From: Chiloscyllium plagiosum
Lineage: Eukaryota
Reading direction: 5' to 3'
DNA: 64,000 nucleotides
Assembly (NCBI RefSeq): GCF_004010195.1
Contig: NC_057749.1
Coordinates: forward strand, 21,070,854 to 21,134,853
Shown here: one piece after another, positions 63,463-64,000 of the stretch
Position numbering within the stretch: the stretch's first letter is position 1
Layout: every line of letters starts with the position of its first letter
Position numbers and translations under genes: made by a program
Notes under the pieces: model-generated
The model's database searches: none
Told to the model about the DNA's origin: nothing
The model's input: only the letters and a program-made list of their open reading frames with translations

Positions 63463-64000
63463 TCTGGTGGCTGGTATTGGTGTGTGGGGTGGGAAGCTTG
63501 TTTGAGAAGAGAGTACAGACGGTAACCAGTGGGTAACGTTTTTCTGCAAGGTAGGGAGCTTGTGCTCTTTATAACAGTGTGCGTTACGTCTGTGAAATGT
63601 GACTGTGGGATCGTTTCAGAGAGAAAGAGGAAGTGTAAAGTACATTCAGAACTTTCATTGATTGTTAACATACTCTGAGATTCAAAAGACAAAAAGCAAT
63701 CTAACTGTAAAGTGATTTAAAAGATGTTCCTGAGATTACGTGGCCATTAACTTCAGAATTGCGTCATTAAATTTAAATGACAAAAACAGCAGTTTCTCTG
63801 TACCGAACCAACTTCTGCTAGATCCCCTCCATTTCACCTTTATCTGACTCCAGAAGAGATTCAGACAACACAGAGACAGACCCTTCAGTCCATCTCACCC
63901 ATGCCAACCAAGTTTTATAAAAGCTAATCTAGTTCTATCTGCCTATGTTAGGCCCATGTCCTCCTAATCCTTTCCTATTTGTGTACCTGTCCAAATACTG

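Overview
Eukaryotic, repeat-rich intronic DNA from a cartilaginous fish (shark). The evidence is abundant HE1-type V-SINEs, HER1/CR1 LINEs and DeuSINE remnants; there are also two assembly gaps. The only host gene I can support is on the minus strand: the 5' half of a MALT1-family type-1 paracaspase. Its exons run 46241-46430 (tentative), 33839-33960, 15239-15374, 11971-12146, 7945-8041, 5085-5132 and 2155-2181. They splice in frame to give two Ig domains and a linker; the caspase domain must lie left of the window. No death-domain exons are visible, so this looks like a DD-less paralogue (malt3-like, from recall) rather than MALT1 itself. Most of the remaining recognisable sequence is retroelement-derived: CR1, L2-like and Rex1/Babar LINEs, three SINE families, a solo LTR and at least three Penelope-like element (PLE) families. 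The PLE pseudo-LTRs carry minimal hammerhead-ribozyme cores. Highlights are (i) a TSD-flanked composite in which inverted PLE pLTRs enclose a 1.3-kb tail-less CR1 cargo (60106-61828), (ii) many TSD-flanked hairpin mini-PLEs, one with a 92-bp duplication, (iii) a 38-bp minisatellite apparently born from a SINE segment, and (iv) a possible decayed antisense gene with RFX boxes nested in the 18.5-kb intron. Repeat boundaries were read by eye and are approximate.
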